A stretch of 64,000 bases of DNA from contig CAVSIZ010000001.1 in assembly GCA_963728125.1 (NCBI GenBank), positions 286,020-350,019 on the forward strand. The letters run 5' to 3'. Origin of the DNA: an uncultured Actinomycetota bacterium. Its GTDB lineage: Bacteria > Actinomycetota > Actinomycetes > CAWDCV01. Below the pieces are notes generated by a model, which saw only the letters and a program-made list of their open reading frames with translations, ran no database searches and was not told the DNA's origin. Positions 34,620 through 46,551 of the stretch are shown here, in pieces (within the stretch, counting starts at the first letter, position 1; each line of letters starts with the position of its first letter). A program made the translations under genes and the position numbers.

Positions 34620-34754
34620 ATGCACTACACCATCGAGGTCGCCCGCGCCTACATGCGCGACATGCAGCGGGAGGCCGAACTCGCGCGAGGCAGCCACGGG
34701 CTGCCGACCACCGCGCGACTGCGTGCCTACGTCGCACGCCGGCGCAGCCACTGA
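34620..34754 (+). CDS. Small 44-aa hypothetical protein (not in ORF track)
   Basis: MHYTIEVARAYMRDMQREAELARGSHGLPTTARLRAYVARRRSH; strong RBS AGGAGAG; GC-rich third codon positions. Confidence 0.7.
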   Translation: MHYTIEVARAYMRDMQREAELARGSHGLPTTARLRAYVARRRSH

Positions 34755-34821
34755 GTCGACGGTGTCGGCTTCAACACGAACGCGTGTTGGAGCCGGCGCC
34801 GCACCGACCTAGGCTGCGTGC

Positions 34822-35301
34822 GTGTCGCGCGTTCTTCCGGTGCTGATCGCCCTCGTTCTCACCGTGTGGGCAGTCATCGATTGCGTCCAGACGCCGAGCA
34901 GCGAAGCTCGCATCCTGCCCAAGCCCCTCTGGCTCGTCTGCATCGTTCTCCTGCCGTTCGTCGGCGCCGCAGGGTGGCTCTTCCTCGGCCGGACGCGATC
35001 CTTCGGCATTGGCGGCGCAAACGGATCCGGCGCCGCGGGGGGAGCGGTCAAGCGCAAGCCGAAACCGCAACCCATCGCCCCGGACGACGACCCCGACTTC
35101 CTGCGCAGCCTGGATACCGGCAACGCCGAGCATGAACGTCTGCTGCGCAACTGGGAGGAAGACCTCAAGCGCCGCGAGGGCGATCTACGCGGTGGCGACA
35201 CGCCAGCCGACGGCAATCCCAACGGGGAAACCGAGTCGCGTTCGGAGGACGAGCGCCGGCGTGACGACGACCCGCCACCCGCCGAAGAACCCGCCCGCTA
35301 G
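34822..35301 (+). CDS. PLDc_N (phospholipase D N-terminal-like) domain membrane protein
   Basis: VWAVIDC, LPKPLW, LLPFVGAAGWLFLGR, APDDDPDFL. Confidence 0.85.
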   Translation: MSRVLPVLIALVLTVWAVIDCVQTPSSEARILPKPLWLVCIVLLPFVGAAGWLFLGRTRSFGIGGANGSGAAGGAVKRKPKPQPIAPDDDPDFLRSLDTGNAEHERLLRNWEEDLKRREGDLRGGDTPADGNPNGETESRSEDERRRDDDPPPAEEPAR

Positions 35302-35441
35302 ACCCTGGTCATCCAGCGCGTTCCAGCAGCGCCGCGACCCACGGCACCTCGTGTGATGCAAATACGCGCGCCGCGCCGGGCATTTTCCGTGTCTGGCATC
35401 ACCCGATCATGAAGTGCCGCAGCTTCACGACGACGATGGCC

Positions 35442-36383
35442 TCAAACGCCGCCGTAGGAGTGCAGGCCGCTGAACAAGATGTTGACGCCGAAGTAGTTGA
35501 ACAGGAACGCCGCGTATCCGACCAGCGCGATCACGGCGGCACGCCGACCGCGCCAACCTCCGGTCGAGCGAGCGTGCAGGTACGCCGCGTAGATCGTCCA
35601 GGTGATGAACGACCACGTCTCCTTGGGATCCCATCCCCAGTACCGCCCCCAGGCGCTCTCCGCCCAGATCGCGCCGGCGATGACCGCGAACGTGAACAGC
35701 GGGAAGGCGAAGGCGTGGACCCGGTAGGTCACGCGATCCAGCGCGGTCGCATCAGGCAGTCGGCGTGTCACCGCTCCCAACGAGCCGCGCTGCTGGTCGC
35801 GCAACCGCCACAGGTACAGCGCGGCCAGCACCGCCCCGACCGTGAAGATCGCAAACGACAGCACCATCACCGACACGTGGATGATCAGCCAGTACGACCG
35901 CAGGGCCGGCACCAGCGCCGCAGCGTCGGTGTAGAGGACCGTCACGGCGAGACCGAGCGTCAGCACGACCGGCGCCAGCACGAAGAGCCCGGCGTAGCGC
36001 ACGTCCTGCCGAGTCAGCAGCACCAGGAACACCCCGGTGACCATCAGCGCCGCGACCGAGGAGAACTCGTACATGTTTCCCCACGGCACTCGTTGCGCCG
36101 CAAGGCCGCGCGCCACCAGCGCGACGAGCTGCAAGCCAAAACCGAGCATGGTCAGCGCCACTGCACTTCGGCCCAGCCGGGCAGCATCCCAGCGCGGCGA
36201 TGGACGGCTGTCGTCGACCGACGCCGCCCCTGCCCCCACCGGCACAGCGGCTGCGGTACGCGCAACGACGCCCCGCTCGCCGAACGCGAGTTCGGCGGCG
36301 TAGAGCACCATGGCAACGACGTAGACGGCGATCGCGGCGTACGTCAGGTTGTTGCTCAGCTGGGCGAGGCCCTCGTTGACCAC
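35442..36383 (-). CDS. ccsB: c-type cytochrome biogenesis heme lyase (CcsB/CcsA/ResC)
   Basis: PWGNMYEF, WLIIHV, WAESAWGRYWGWDPKETW (WWD domain), GLHSY. Confidence 0.95.
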   Translation of the reverse strand: MVNEGLAQLSNNLTYAAIAVYVVAMVLYAAELAFGERGVVARTAAAVPVGAGAASVDDSRPSPRWDAARLGRSAVALTMLGFGLQLVALVARGLAAQRVPWGNMYEFSSVAALMVTGVFLVLLTRQDVRYAGLFVLAPVVLTLGLAVTVLYTDAAALVPALRSYWLIIHVSVMVLSFAIFTVGAVLAALYLWRLRDQQRGSLGAVTRRLPDATALDRVTYRVHAFAFPLFTFAVIAGAIWAESAWGRYWGWDPKETWSFITWTIYAAYLHARSTGGWRGRRAAVIALVGYAAFLFNYFGVNILFSGLHSYGGV

Positions 36384-37987
36384 GCGCCCTCCTTGTCGCC
36401 TTCGACGCCGCCCATCTCCCGGGTCAGCTGCGCGAACTCTTCGGCGAAGCCACGCCCCTCGCCCCGGGCCAGTCCGCCGACCTCGACCACCGTACGCGGT
36501 CCGTCCGGCGTCACGCGCGCCCATACCCGCCGCCGGCGTACGCCCAGGGAGAGCATCACGCCGACGATGGCGACGATCGCGCTCGCCAACGCCAGCCCCT
36601 TGCCGGGGTCGTGCGCGACCTGGAATGCGCCCCACTCGGCGTAGCCGTCAAAGGTGATCGAGCCGGCGCCGTCCGGCAGCTCCGCGCTCTGCCCCTCTTG
36701 CAATGCGACCCGCCACGGCTCCTCCGGATCGGCGGGATTCCTGAACTGAGTCAGGTCATCTGTGTCGATCGAGAACACCGACCGCGGCTCGCCGCTGTCG
36801 AGCCCGAGATCCCCCGAGTAGGCGGTCATCCACAGCTGCGGATTGCGCGCAGCCGGGAAGACGGAGATCGGACCGAGCTCTGGGTCGAGGACGCCGGTGG
36901 GAAGAAAGAGCCCCTCGAAGGCGATCTGCTCCGGTTGCCCGTCTGGCGCCTTGATGACGCCAACCGAACCGAGATTGACGCGATCGCGCGGCAGGAACGG
37001 CACCGCTCCCTGTACGACGATGGTGCCCTCGCCGTCGCGGACGGTCACGCGCGGCGCGTATCCGTGGTTGAGCAGGAACACCTTCGTGCCGTCGATGGCA
37101 AGCGGGGAATTCACCCGGATGTCGTACGCCTCCGGGTCGTCCGCCGGCGTCCGCTGGAACGTCACCGATGCCTCGTAGTCGCGCGGTGCACCCTGCTGAT
37201 CGCCGGGCGTCTCCTCGTAGCGCGCGGTGAAGTCGTCCAGGGTGAACGAGAACGGCAGCAACTCACCGCTGTCGACGAGCCGACCTGGCGTGAAGTCGTC
37301 GTAACGGGTCAGCGTGTTCGCGAAGCCCTCCCCCTCCACCACGATGGCGTTGCCGCGATAGCCGAACAGCGAGCCCATGGCGAGCGCCACGAGCAGCACC
37401 AGCAATGACACGTGGAACGCGAGGTTCCCGGTCTCGCGCAGGTATCCCTTCTCCGCCCGCACCGTGTCGCCCTCCACGACCACGCGGAACCGACGCCGTC
37501 GCAGCACATCCGCCACACGCTGCAGCGCATCATCATCATCGGCTTCCCACCGTGCCCCATGCGGCAACCGGGAGAGGTTGCGCGGCGCTGATGGAGGCTT
37601 GGCACGCAGCGCTCGGGCGTAATGCCAGGAGCGCGGTACGACGCACCCGGTGAGCGACGTCATGAGCAGTAGGTAGATCGCCGCGAACCAGGGCGCAGCA
37701 AACACGTCGAACAGCGAAAGTGAATCCAGGATCGGTGAGAGCGTCGGGTGGTCTTGGAAGAAGTCGTTGACAGCAACCGGATCGATGCCGCGCTGCGGCA
37801 GCACCGAACCCGGGATCGCCGCGAGAGCAACGAGAAGCAGCAACACCAGCGCAGTCCGCATGGAGGTGAGCAGGCGCCATCCCCAGCGCAGCATTCCGAC
37901 GACACCGAGCGTCGGCGGTTTCACCGGCTCCGGGACAGTTGCATCGAAAGAGGTGGCGCTGTCTGGCGCGCTCTGGGTCGTCGTCAT
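36356..37987 (-). CDS. resB: Cytochrome c biogenesis protein ResB
   Basis: LTSMRTALVLL, PQ, ETGNLAFH, VNSPL, HDPG. Confidence 0.93.
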   Translation of the reverse strand: MTTTQSAPDSATSFDATVPEPVKPPTLGVVGMLRWGWRLLTSMRTALVLLLLVALAAIPGSVLPQRGIDPVAVNDFFQDHPTLSPILDSLSLFDVFAAPWFAAIYLLLMTSLTGCVVPRSWHYARALRAKPPSAPRNLSRLPHGARWEADDDDALQRVADVLRRRRFRVVVEGDTVRAEKGYLRETGNLAFHVSLLVLLVALAMGSLFGYRGNAIVVEGEGFANTLTRYDDFTPGRLVDSGELLPFSFTLDDFTARYEETPGDQQGAPRDYEASVTFQRTPADDPEAYDIRVNSPLAIDGTKVFLLNHGYAPRVTVRDGEGTIVVQGAVPFLPRDRVNLGSVGVIKAPDGQPEQIAFEGLFLPTGVLDPELGPISVFPAARNPQLWMTAYSGDLGLDSGEPRSVFSIDTDDLTQFRNPADPEEPWRVALQEGQSAELPDGAGSITFDGYAEWGAFQVAHDPGKGLALASAIVAIVGVMLSLGVRRRRVWARVTPDGPRTVVEVGGLARGEGRGFAEEFAQLTREMGGVEGDKEGAWSTRASPS

Positions 37988-38739
37988 CAGACGGCCGTAC
38001 CGAACCGTGCCGACCAGCCGCGCAGATCGGTCATCAACGCATCCCATGCGCCGGTGAGGAGAAGAAGTCCGATCAGGACGAGCATGCCGCCACCGATACG
38101 CATCACCCACACGTAATGCTGCTTTACCCAGCCGAACGTGCCCATGGCGTACCGGAACGCAACTGCCGCGAGCACGAACGGGATGCCGAGCCCAAGGCAG
38201 TACGCCGCACTCAGCAGCGCTCCGCGAACCGCGCTGGCCTGGTCGACAGCCAAGGTCAGGATCGTGCCGAGCGTCGGCCCGATACACGGCACCCACCCGA
38301 TCGCGAACAGCACGCCGAGCAGCGGAGCGCCGACGATGCCCACGGTCGGCGCGTGGGAGATGCGCCACTCACGTTGCAGCCCTGGCACGTATCCCATGAA
38401 CACCAAGCCGAGGACGATCGTCACCACGCCGAGGATGCGGGTGATCCATTCCTGCTGCTGCAGCAGCAGGGTTCCCAGCTCGCCGAAGAGCACGCCGTAC
38501 GACACGAAGACGACGGTGAAGCCGAGCACGAACAGCACGGTGCCGAGCAGCATCCGTCCGCGCTTGGCCGCCCCGAGGTCAGCGCCGGCCAGCCCGGTGA
38601 CGTACGAGAGGTAGCCCGGAACAAGCGGCAGGATGCATGGGGAGAGAAACGAGACCAGGCCGGCGATGACCGCGACGGCAAGGGCCAGCAGCAACGACCC
38701 ATTCAGCACGGTGTTGCTGAAGCTGTCGCCGATGCTCAT
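37987..38739 (-). CDS. ccdA: Cytochrome c biogenesis protein CcdA
   Basis: SFLSPCILPLVPGY and GWVPCIGPTL. Confidence 0.94.
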   Translation of the reverse strand: MSIGDSFSNTVLNGSLLLALAVAVIAGLVSFLSPCILPLVPGYLSYVTGLAGADLGAAKRGRMLLGTVLFVLGFTVVFVSYGVLFGELGTLLLQQQEWITRILGVVTIVLGLVFMGYVPGLQREWRISHAPTVGIVGAPLLGVLFAIGWVPCIGPTLGTILTLAVDQASAVRGALLSAAYCLGLGIPFVLAAVAFRYAMGTFGWVKQHYVWVMRIGGGMLVLIGLLLLTGAWDALMTDLRGWSARFGTAV

Positions 38740-39332
38740 GGCGCCGGCTCGGCGAGCACCGACGTGATCATGTCGCGCAGCTTGGCGACCGTGACCTCAC
38801 CGGAGTAGACAGCGGCGACCCGACCACTGCGATCGAGCACCAGCGTGCTCGGGATGGCGGCTGGGCTGATGGCGCCGGTGAACGCGAGCAGCTTCACTCC
38901 GCTGCTGTCGACCACGCTGGGGTAGGTGATGTCGAAGTTGCGCTCGAATGCGAGCGCTGTCGCTTCGCCGTCGCGGGTGTTGATGCCGACGAACTGCACG
39001 CCCTGCGACGCGAAGTCGCGCCACGCCTGCTCGAGCGTCGGCGCCTCCGCTCGGCACGGCGGGCACCACGATCCCCAGACGTTCAGGACCACGACCTTGC
39101 CGCGATGCTCGGCGATGTCGAAGCTGCCGCCGTCGAGCAGCGTGCCCTGAAGCTCCGGGGCGGCCTGGCGGTCATCGATGGCGATCGTGCGCAGCTGATT
39201 GGCGCCAGCGATGTAGCGGCTCTCGTTGCGCGCCACGTCGTCGACCGGGTCACCTGCGCCCGAACCGCCACACGCGGCGAGCGAGAGCAGTGCGGCAGCG
39301 ATCAACGCCGTCCTGCGCACCGATGCGGTCAT
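38736..39332 (-). CDS. TlpA/ResA-like thiol:disulfide oxidoreductase lipoprotein
   Basis: Lipobox LAAC; WGSWCPPCRAE; AIPST. Confidence 0.92.
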   Translation of the reverse strand: MTASVRRTALIAAALLSLAACGGSGAGDPVDDVARNESRYIAGANQLRTIAIDDRQAAPELQGTLLDGGSFDIAEHRGKVVVLNVWGSWCPPCRAEAPTLEQAWRDFASQGVQFVGINTRDGEATALAFERNFDITYPSVVDSSGVKLLAFTGAISPAAIPSTLVLDRSGRVAAVYSGEVTVAKLRDMITSVLAEPAP

Positions 39333-39979
39333 GCTCCGGCAGAGAATCCGGTGCCGCCAGGCAGGAGCTCGCGCGCGGGCTCGCTGTACGAGACAGCCAC
39401 GATGCGGTCGTCCACCCAGTCGAACGACGTGAGGCTCGCCAGCGAGCATTGCCGGCGGCGGGGGTCGTGCCACAGCCGCCGCCCCTCGGCTGCACTGCGG
39501 ACCGTCCAGATCGGCAGCTGGTGACTGACGCACACGGCTTCGTGCCCGAGCGCGCGGTCGCGCGCGCTGCGCATCGCCGCGTTCATGCGGGACACCAGGT
39601 GGACGTACGGCTCACCCCAGGACGGGCGGATGGGGTTGCGTAGATGCCGCCATGACGCCGGGCGGCGCAGCGACCCGTCGCCCACACCGAACGTCCGTCC
39701 CTCGAACACGTTCTCAGCTTCCGTCAACCGCTCGTCCAGGTGCACCTCGAGACCGAGCGCCTCGGCGATCGGCTCCGCCGTCTCGCGGGCCCGTTCGAGC
39801 GGTGACGAGACGATCGCGCGCACGTCGCGCGTAGAGAGCTCGGCAGCGACTTTCTCCGCCATGGCGCGACCACGCTCCGACAGGTGGTAGCCGGCGAGCC
39901 GCCCGTACATGATCCCCGTGGGGTTGTGCACCTCGCCGTGGCGCAGCAGGTGAACCACTGTCGCGGGGGATTCGGGCAC
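39329..39979 (-). CDS. Histidine phosphatase (phosphoglycerate mutase-like) family protein
   Basis: LRHGE, SSPLERA, VSHQLPIW; usual position between hemL and tlpA. Confidence 0.9.
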   Translation of the reverse strand: MPESPATVVHLLRHGEVHNPTGIMYGRLAGYHLSERGRAMAEKVAAELSTRDVRAIVSSPLERARETAEPIAEALGLEVHLDERLTEAENVFEGRTFGVGDGSLRRPASWRHLRNPIRPSWGEPYVHLVSRMNAAMRSARDRALGHEAVCVSHQLPIWTVRSAAEGRRLWHDPRRRQCSLASLTSFDWVDDRIVAVSYSEPARELLPGGTGFSAGA

Positions 39980-40003
39980 GTCAGCAGCGTAACGCGGCGA
40001 CTC

Positions 40004-41313
40004 CTAGGCCTCGGCCTGAGCAGCGGCGCGCGCGGCGTGAGGCAGCGCCTCGACAATCGTCTCGAGCGCGGCGTCGTCGTGGGCGGCCGACACGAACCAG
40101 GCTTCGTACGCCGAGGGCGGCAGGTAGACGCCGTACGACAGCATCGCGTGGAAGAAGGCCGCGTAGCGGAACGCTTCCTGGCGCCGAGCTGCGTCGTAGT
40201 CGTCGACCTGCTCGTCGGTGAAGAAGACGGAGAACAGGTTGCCGGCGCTCTGCAGTCGGTGCGTCGACGCCTTCGAGCGCGAGGGCGTCGGACACCAGTC
40301 GCCCGATCTCGGCCGCCACCCGGTCGAGGTGCGCATAGACGTCATCCGTACACGCGGTCAGCGTCGCGAGCCCGGCGGCGGTCGCGATCGGGTTCCCGGA
40401 CAGGGTGCCCGCCTGATAGACCGGGTCCGGCGGGTGCCAGCCGCTGCATGACGTCCGCGCGACCACCGAACGCCGCCGTCGGCAGGCCGCCGCCCATCAC
40501 CTTGCCGAACGTCATGAGGTCGGGCGTCACGGCCTCGATTCCGTACCAGCCTGACCGGCTCACGCGAAAGCCAGTCATCACCTCGTCGGACACGAACAGC
40601 GCGCCGTGCTCGCGGCTCAGCTCGGCGAGGCCAACGTTGAAGCCGTCGCGCGGCGGGACGACGCCCATGTTCGCGGCCGCGGCTTCGGTGATGACGCACG
40701 CGATGTCGTCGCCGTACGACTGGAAGGTCTTCTCGACAGCGTCGAGATCGTTGTACGGCAGCACGATGGTGTCGCTCGCGGATGCGCCGGTGACGCCGGG
40801 AGTGTCCGGCAGCGCGAGGGTGGCGACCCCGGATCCTGCGCTGGTGAGCAGCGCGTCGACGTGGCCGTGGTAGCAGCCGGCGAACTTGATCACCTTGCTG
40901 CGACCGGTGTAGCCGCGGGCGAGCCGGATCGCGGACATCGTGGCCTCAGTGCCGGAGTTGACGAGGCGGACCTGTTCCACCGGCTCGACGCGGTCGACGA
41001 TCTCGGCGGCGAGGGCAACCTCACCCTCCGTCGGGGTGCCGAAGGAGGTCCCCTTGCGTACGGCTTGCTGAACCGCTTCGACGACCGCCGGGTGGGCGTG
41101 GCCCAGGATCATCGGCCCCCATGAGCAAACCAGGTCGACGTACCGCCGTCCGTCCGCGTCGACGAGGTACGCGCCTTGCCCGCTGGCCATGAACCGCGGC
41201 GTGCCACCCACCGCGCGGAAGGCGCGGACGGGCGAGTTCACCCCGCCGGGGGTGACGCGCTGCGCCTGCGCGAACAGCGCTTCGGAGTGGGGCGCCTCGT
41301 CGGGGTAGGGCAT
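40004..41313 (-). CDS. hemL: Glutamate-1-semialdehyde 2,1-aminomutase (two apparent +1 frameshifts near 40424 and 40265)
   Basis: [40 protein letters not shown]; then [10 protein letters not shown] and [11 protein letters not shown] in successive frames. Confidence 0.93.
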
Positions 41314-41384
41314 CTCGCCATCCTCCCAGGGGCAACTTCGGTCAACCGCTTGCGTGGTCGTGATCGACGGGTGACGGTAGGTAC

Positions 41385-42566
<1,182 letters not shown>

Positions 42567-42570
<4 letters not shown>

Positions 42571-43103
42571 TCGGGCGTCTGCACCATGTGGTGATCGACT
42601 GCCCGGATCCGGCGGCACTCGCCGGCTTCTACTCCGAGCTCCTCGGCCTGCCGATCACATTCACATCAGCAGACTGGGTGGTGATCGCGCGCAACGACAC
42701 GACCTCGGGCATCGCGTTCCAGCTCGCGCCCGATCACGAACCCCCTCAGTGGCCCGATCCGCACCACCCGCAGCAGTTTCACCTCGACGTCATGGTCGAC
42801 GACGTTGAAGCGGCCGAGCCGCAGGTGCTTGCGCTGGGCGGACGTCGACTGCCGAGCAAGGACGACTCGCACGTCTACGCGGACCCGGCCGGGCACCCGT
42901 TCTGCCTCATCCCACGGCCGGGCTGGGCCGACCCAATCGCCATGACCAGCCTTCTGGTTCCTTCTGTACGCGACACGCCGAGGAACCCCGAGCACACGGA
43001 ACCAGCCAATGAAAGCCAGGCCGCAGACTCAGCGGGACAGGCGCTGAGCCACTTCGGTCGCCCAATAGGTGAGCACGATGTCGGCGCCCGCGCGCCGAAC
43101 TGA
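42567..43103 (+). CDS. VOC/glyoxalase family protein (true end may be near 42945)
   Basis: [31 protein letters not shown]; the C-terminal ~50 aa look like read-through into hemB. Confidence 0.85.
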
Positions 43104-44006
43104 CGTCAGCGTCTCGAGGATGGCCCGTTCGCGGTCGATCCAGCCGTGCGCTGCCGCCGCCTCGACCATGGCGTACTCCCCCGAGACCTGGTACGCCGCC
43201 ACCGGCACGGTCACGGCGTCCGCGACCTGGCGGACGACGTCCAGGTAGGACATCGCGGGCTTGACCATCACGATGTCCGCGCCCTCGGCGACGTCGAGCG
43301 CCACCTCGCGCAACGCCTCCGCGGCGTTTGCCGGGTCCTGCTGGTACGTCCGCCGGTCCCCTACCAGCGACGATTGCACCGCTTCGCGGAACGGGCCGTA
43401 GAACGCCGACGCGTACTTCGCTGAGTACGCCAGCACACCCACGTCGATGAAGCCCGCCTCATCAAGGGCCCCGCGCACCACACCTACCTGGCCGTCCATC
43501 ATCCCGCTCGGACCGACGAGGTGAGCGCCCGCCGACGCCTGCACGACGGCCATCTCGGCGTATCGCGACAGCGTCGCGTCGTTGTCGACCGACCCGTCAG
43601 GCGCGAGGACGCCGCAGTGCCCGTGTGAGGTGTACTCGTCCAGGCACAGGTCCGACATCACGACCGTCTCGTCGCCGGCCTCGGCGACAACCGCCCGCAG
43701 CGCCTGCTGCAGGATCCCGTCCGGATCGGTACCCGCGCTGCCGACCGCGTCCTTCGACACTGGGACGCCGAACAGCATGAGTCCGCCAACTCCGGCGGAC
43801 ACCGCGTCGTACGCCGCCTTGCGCAGCGATTCGATGGTGTGCTGCACGACGCCGGGCATCGACGACACCGCCCGCGGCTCGCTGGCGCCCTCGAGGACGA
43901 ACAGCGGCAACACGAGGTGGCGCGGCTCGAGCGTTGTCTCGGCGACCAGTCGCCGTAGAGCCGGGGTACGACGGAGCCGGCGCGGCCGCTCCGACGGAAA
44001 GCCCAC
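43029..44006 (-). CDS. hemB: Porphobilinogen synthase
   Basis: [41 protein letters not shown]. Confidence 0.96.
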   Translation of the reverse strand: MGFPSERPRRLRRTPALRRLVAETTLEPRHLVLPLFVLEGASEPRAVSSMPGVVQHTIESLRKAAYDAVSAGVGGLMLFGVPVSKDAVGSAGTDPDGILQQALRAVVAEAGDETVVMSDLCLDEYTSHGHCGVLAPDGSVDNDATLSRYAEMAVVQASAGAHLVGPSGMMDGQVGVVRGALDEAGFIDVGVLAYSAKYASAFYGPFREAVQSSLVGDRRTYQQDPANAAEALREVALDVAEGADIVMVKPAMSYLDVVRQVADAVTVPVAAYQVSGEYAMVEAAAAHGWIDRERAILETLTSVRRAGADIVLTYWATEVAQRLSR

Positions 44007-44011
44007 GAGCC

Positions 44012-45619
44012 CTACTTCGCCTTGCGCCGGGCCGGTGCCCGCCGCTGCGAGGGTCGCCAGCTCGACTCGCCAGCCGCCACTGCCGCCAGTCGCTGCGCCG
44101 CGCCGAAGTCGGCCAGCGCTGCCACCAGCGACGACGTGGAGGCGGTCGACGAGAGGACGTCCACCCGCAGCCCGTGCTCCTCCGCAGTGGTCGCCGTCTG
44201 CGGCCCGATGCACGCAATCACGGTCGACGGGTGCGGCTTGCCGGCGATCCCGATGAGGTTCCGCACGGTCGACGACGAGGTGAACAGCACGGCGTCGAAC
44301 CCGCCGGTCTTGATCGCCTCGCGCACCTCGGACGGCGGCGGGGCGGCCCGCACAGTGCGGTAGGCCGTCACGTCGTCGACCTCCCAGCCGAGCTCGACCA
44401 GGCCGGCGACCAGCGTCTCGGTGGCGATGTCTGCGCGCGGCAGGAACACCCGGTTGATCGGGTCGAAGATCTCGTCGTACGGCGGCCAGTCCTCGACCAG
44501 GCCCTGCGCCGACTGCTCGCCGGACGGCACCAGGTCGGCCGTCACGCCGTACGCGCGCAAGGCTTCTGCTGTCTGCTCTCCAACTGCAGCGATCTTGATG
44601 CCGGAGAACGCTCGCGCGTCGAGCCCGTACTCCTCGAACCGCTCCCGCACCGCCTTGACCGCGTTCACCGAGGTGAACGCGATCCACTCGTAGCGGCCGG
44701 TGACCAGGCCCTTGACCGCGCGCTCCATCTGCTGCGGAGTACGCGGCGGTTCGACCTGGATCGTCGGCACCTCCTCGGGGATGGCGCCAAAGGTCCGCAG
44801 CCGCGCGGAGACCTCGCCCGCCTGCTCCTTCGTACGCGGCACCAGCACGCGCCAGCCGAACAGCGGCTTCGTCTCGTACCAGGACAGCTTCTCGCGCAGC
44901 GCCACCACTGGGCCGACGACCGCAAGCGCCGGCGCCTCGAGCTCCTCGATCTCGCCAGCGACCTCGCCCAGCGTCGACACGATCGTGCGCTGGTGAGTGG
45001 TCGTTCCCCGCGACGTGACCGCGATCGGCGTCGTTTCGGCTCGGCCGGCGGCGATCAGGTGCCGGGCGACGTCGCCGATGCGCTCGCGATGCCCGAGGAC
45101 GACCAGCGTCGCATCGGCCGAAGCGTGTGCTGACCAGTCCGGATCTGCCTCGGACGTGGTGAGAACGTGCACTGCCCGCGACTTGGTGTCGGTGAGCGGG
45201 ATACCGGCGTAAGCAGGCACTGCCGTGATCGCGGAGACGCCGGGCACGACTTCGACCGAGATCCCCGCCTTGACGCACGCGCCCGCTTCCTCGGCCAGCC
45301 CGGTGAACGGTGCCGGATCCCCGTCCATGAGCCGCACGACGGTACGTGCCCGCCGGGCCGCCTCGACGACCAGCTTCGCCCGGGCGGCGTGCGCCAGCGG
45401 CTGCCCGTCCTCGCCCAGGGAGCCGTCGACGATCTCGGCCTCGGCGGAGCACCACGGTCGGATGTCGTCGGCCCGCACGAGCTGGTCGGTCAGGACCACC
45501 TCCGCATCGCGCAGGAGGTCGGCGGCCCGCAGCGTGAGCAGGCCGAGGTCACCGGGACCGGAGCCGACGAAAGCCACCGTGCCCAGCTGCTGACGCTTGC
45601 TGGTGTTACGAGCGGTCAA
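44012..45619 (-). CDS. hemD: Bifunctional uroporphyrinogen-III C-methyltransferase / synthase (CobA-HemD fusion)
   Basis: GSGPGD N-domain; [32 protein letters not shown]; TTG overlaps the hemC stop. Confidence 0.93.
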   Translation of the reverse strand: MTARNTSKRQQLGTVAFVGSGPGDLGLLTLRAADLLRDAEVVLTDQLVRADDIRPWCSAEAEIVDGSLGEDGQPLAHAARAKLVVEAARRARTVVRLMDGDPAPFTGLAEEAGACVKAGISVEVVPGVSAITAVPAYAGIPLTDTKSRAVHVLTTSEADPDWSAHASADATLVVLGHRERIGDVARHLIAAGRAETTPIAVTSRGTTTHQRTIVSTLGEVAGEIEELEAPALAVVGPVVALREKLSWYETKPLFGWRVLVPRTKEQAGEVSARLRTFGAIPEEVPTIQVEPPRTPQQMERAVKGLVTGRYEWIAFTSVNAVKAVRERFEEYGLDARAFSGIKIAAVGEQTAEALRAYGVTADLVPSGEQSAQGLVEDWPPYDEIFDPINRVFLPRADIATETLVAGLVELGWEVDDVTAYRTVRAAPPPSEVREAIKTGGFDAVLFTSSSTVRNLIGIAGKPHPSTVIACIGPQTATTAEEHGLRVDVLSSTASTSSLVAALADFGAAQRLAAVAAGESSWRPSQRRAPARRKAK

Positions 45620-46551
45620 GGAACGCGCTCCCCCATCACATCGGAGGCACCCTCGGCGAGCAGATCGGCTGCGAGACGGCGGCCGATGACCTCCGCGTCG
45701 CCGAGGCTTCCAGTCGTTGACAATCGGACGGAGGTGGAGCCATCCACGGACACGACGACCCCACGCAGGTAGATCTCGGGAACACCCTCGTCGCCCTCGG
45801 CAATCTCGGCGAGCGCCCCGACCGGGGCACTGCACCCTGCTTCGAGCGTGGCGAGTAGTGCTCGCTCTGCGGTCACGGCGGCCCGGCTCGGCGTGTCGTC
45901 GAGATCGAAGAGCAGGTCGATGGTAACCGGATCTTCGAGCCGACATTCCACAGCGAGCGCGCCCTGGGCCGGTGCCGGCAGCATCTGGAGGGGGTCGAGG
46001 ACCTCGGTCACCTCGCCGAGCCGCCCCAACCGGGACAGGCCGGCGTACGCGAGCACCACCGCGTCGACCTCACCTTCGGCAACCTTGCGGAGCCGGGTAT
46101 CGACGTTGCCGCGGATGGGCTCGACGTCGAGGCCGTAGCCGAGAGCGCGCAGCTGCGCCATGCGGCGCGGGCTGCCGGTGCCGATCCGCGAGCCGGGCGC
46201 GAGATCGGCCAGCGTCCAGTTGTTTCGCGCGACCAGGACGTCCCGCGCGTCCTCGCGCACAGGTACCGCGGCCACAACCAGGCCCTCAGCCGGCTTGGTC
46301 GGCAGGTCCTTGTACGAGTGGACGGCGAGGTCGATGTCGCCGTCGAGGAGCGCGTCGCGCAGGGCGCTGACGAACACGCCCGTGCCGCCGATCGTGGCCA
46401 GCGCCTCGGACGAGCGATCGCCATACGTGGTGATCTCGACCAGCTCGACCCGACGGCCTGTGCTCGTGGTGATGGCGTCGGCGACGCTGCGCGACTGCGC
46501 GAGGGCGAGCGCGCTGCGTCGGGTGCCCAGCCGAATCGGTCGATCAGTCAC
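45616..46551 (-). CDS. hemC: Hydroxymethylbilane synthase
   Basis: GTRRSALALAQ, VHSYKD, IRGNVDTRL, PAPAQGALA, GCSAPV. Confidence 0.96.
   Translation of the reverse strand: MTDRPIRLGTRRSALALAQSRSVADAITTSTGRRVELVEITTYGDRSSEALATIGGTGVFVSALRDALLDGDIDLAVHSYKDLPTKPAEGLVVAAVPVREDARDVLVARNNWTLADLAPGSRIGTGSPRRMAQLRALGYGLDVEPIRGNVDTRLRKVAEGEVDAVVLAYAGLSRLGRLGEVTEVLDPLQMLPAPAQGALAVECRLEDPVTIDLLFDLDDTPSRAAVTAERALLATLEAGCSAPVGALAEIAEGDEGVPEIYLRGVVVSVDGSTSVRLSTTGSLGDAEVIGRRLAADLLAEGASDVMGERVP

Noticed and set aside
40004-41313. hemL pseudogene or programmed frameshifting
   Set aside because: All motifs are intact, there is no slippery heptamer, and the same +1 pattern occurs across the window
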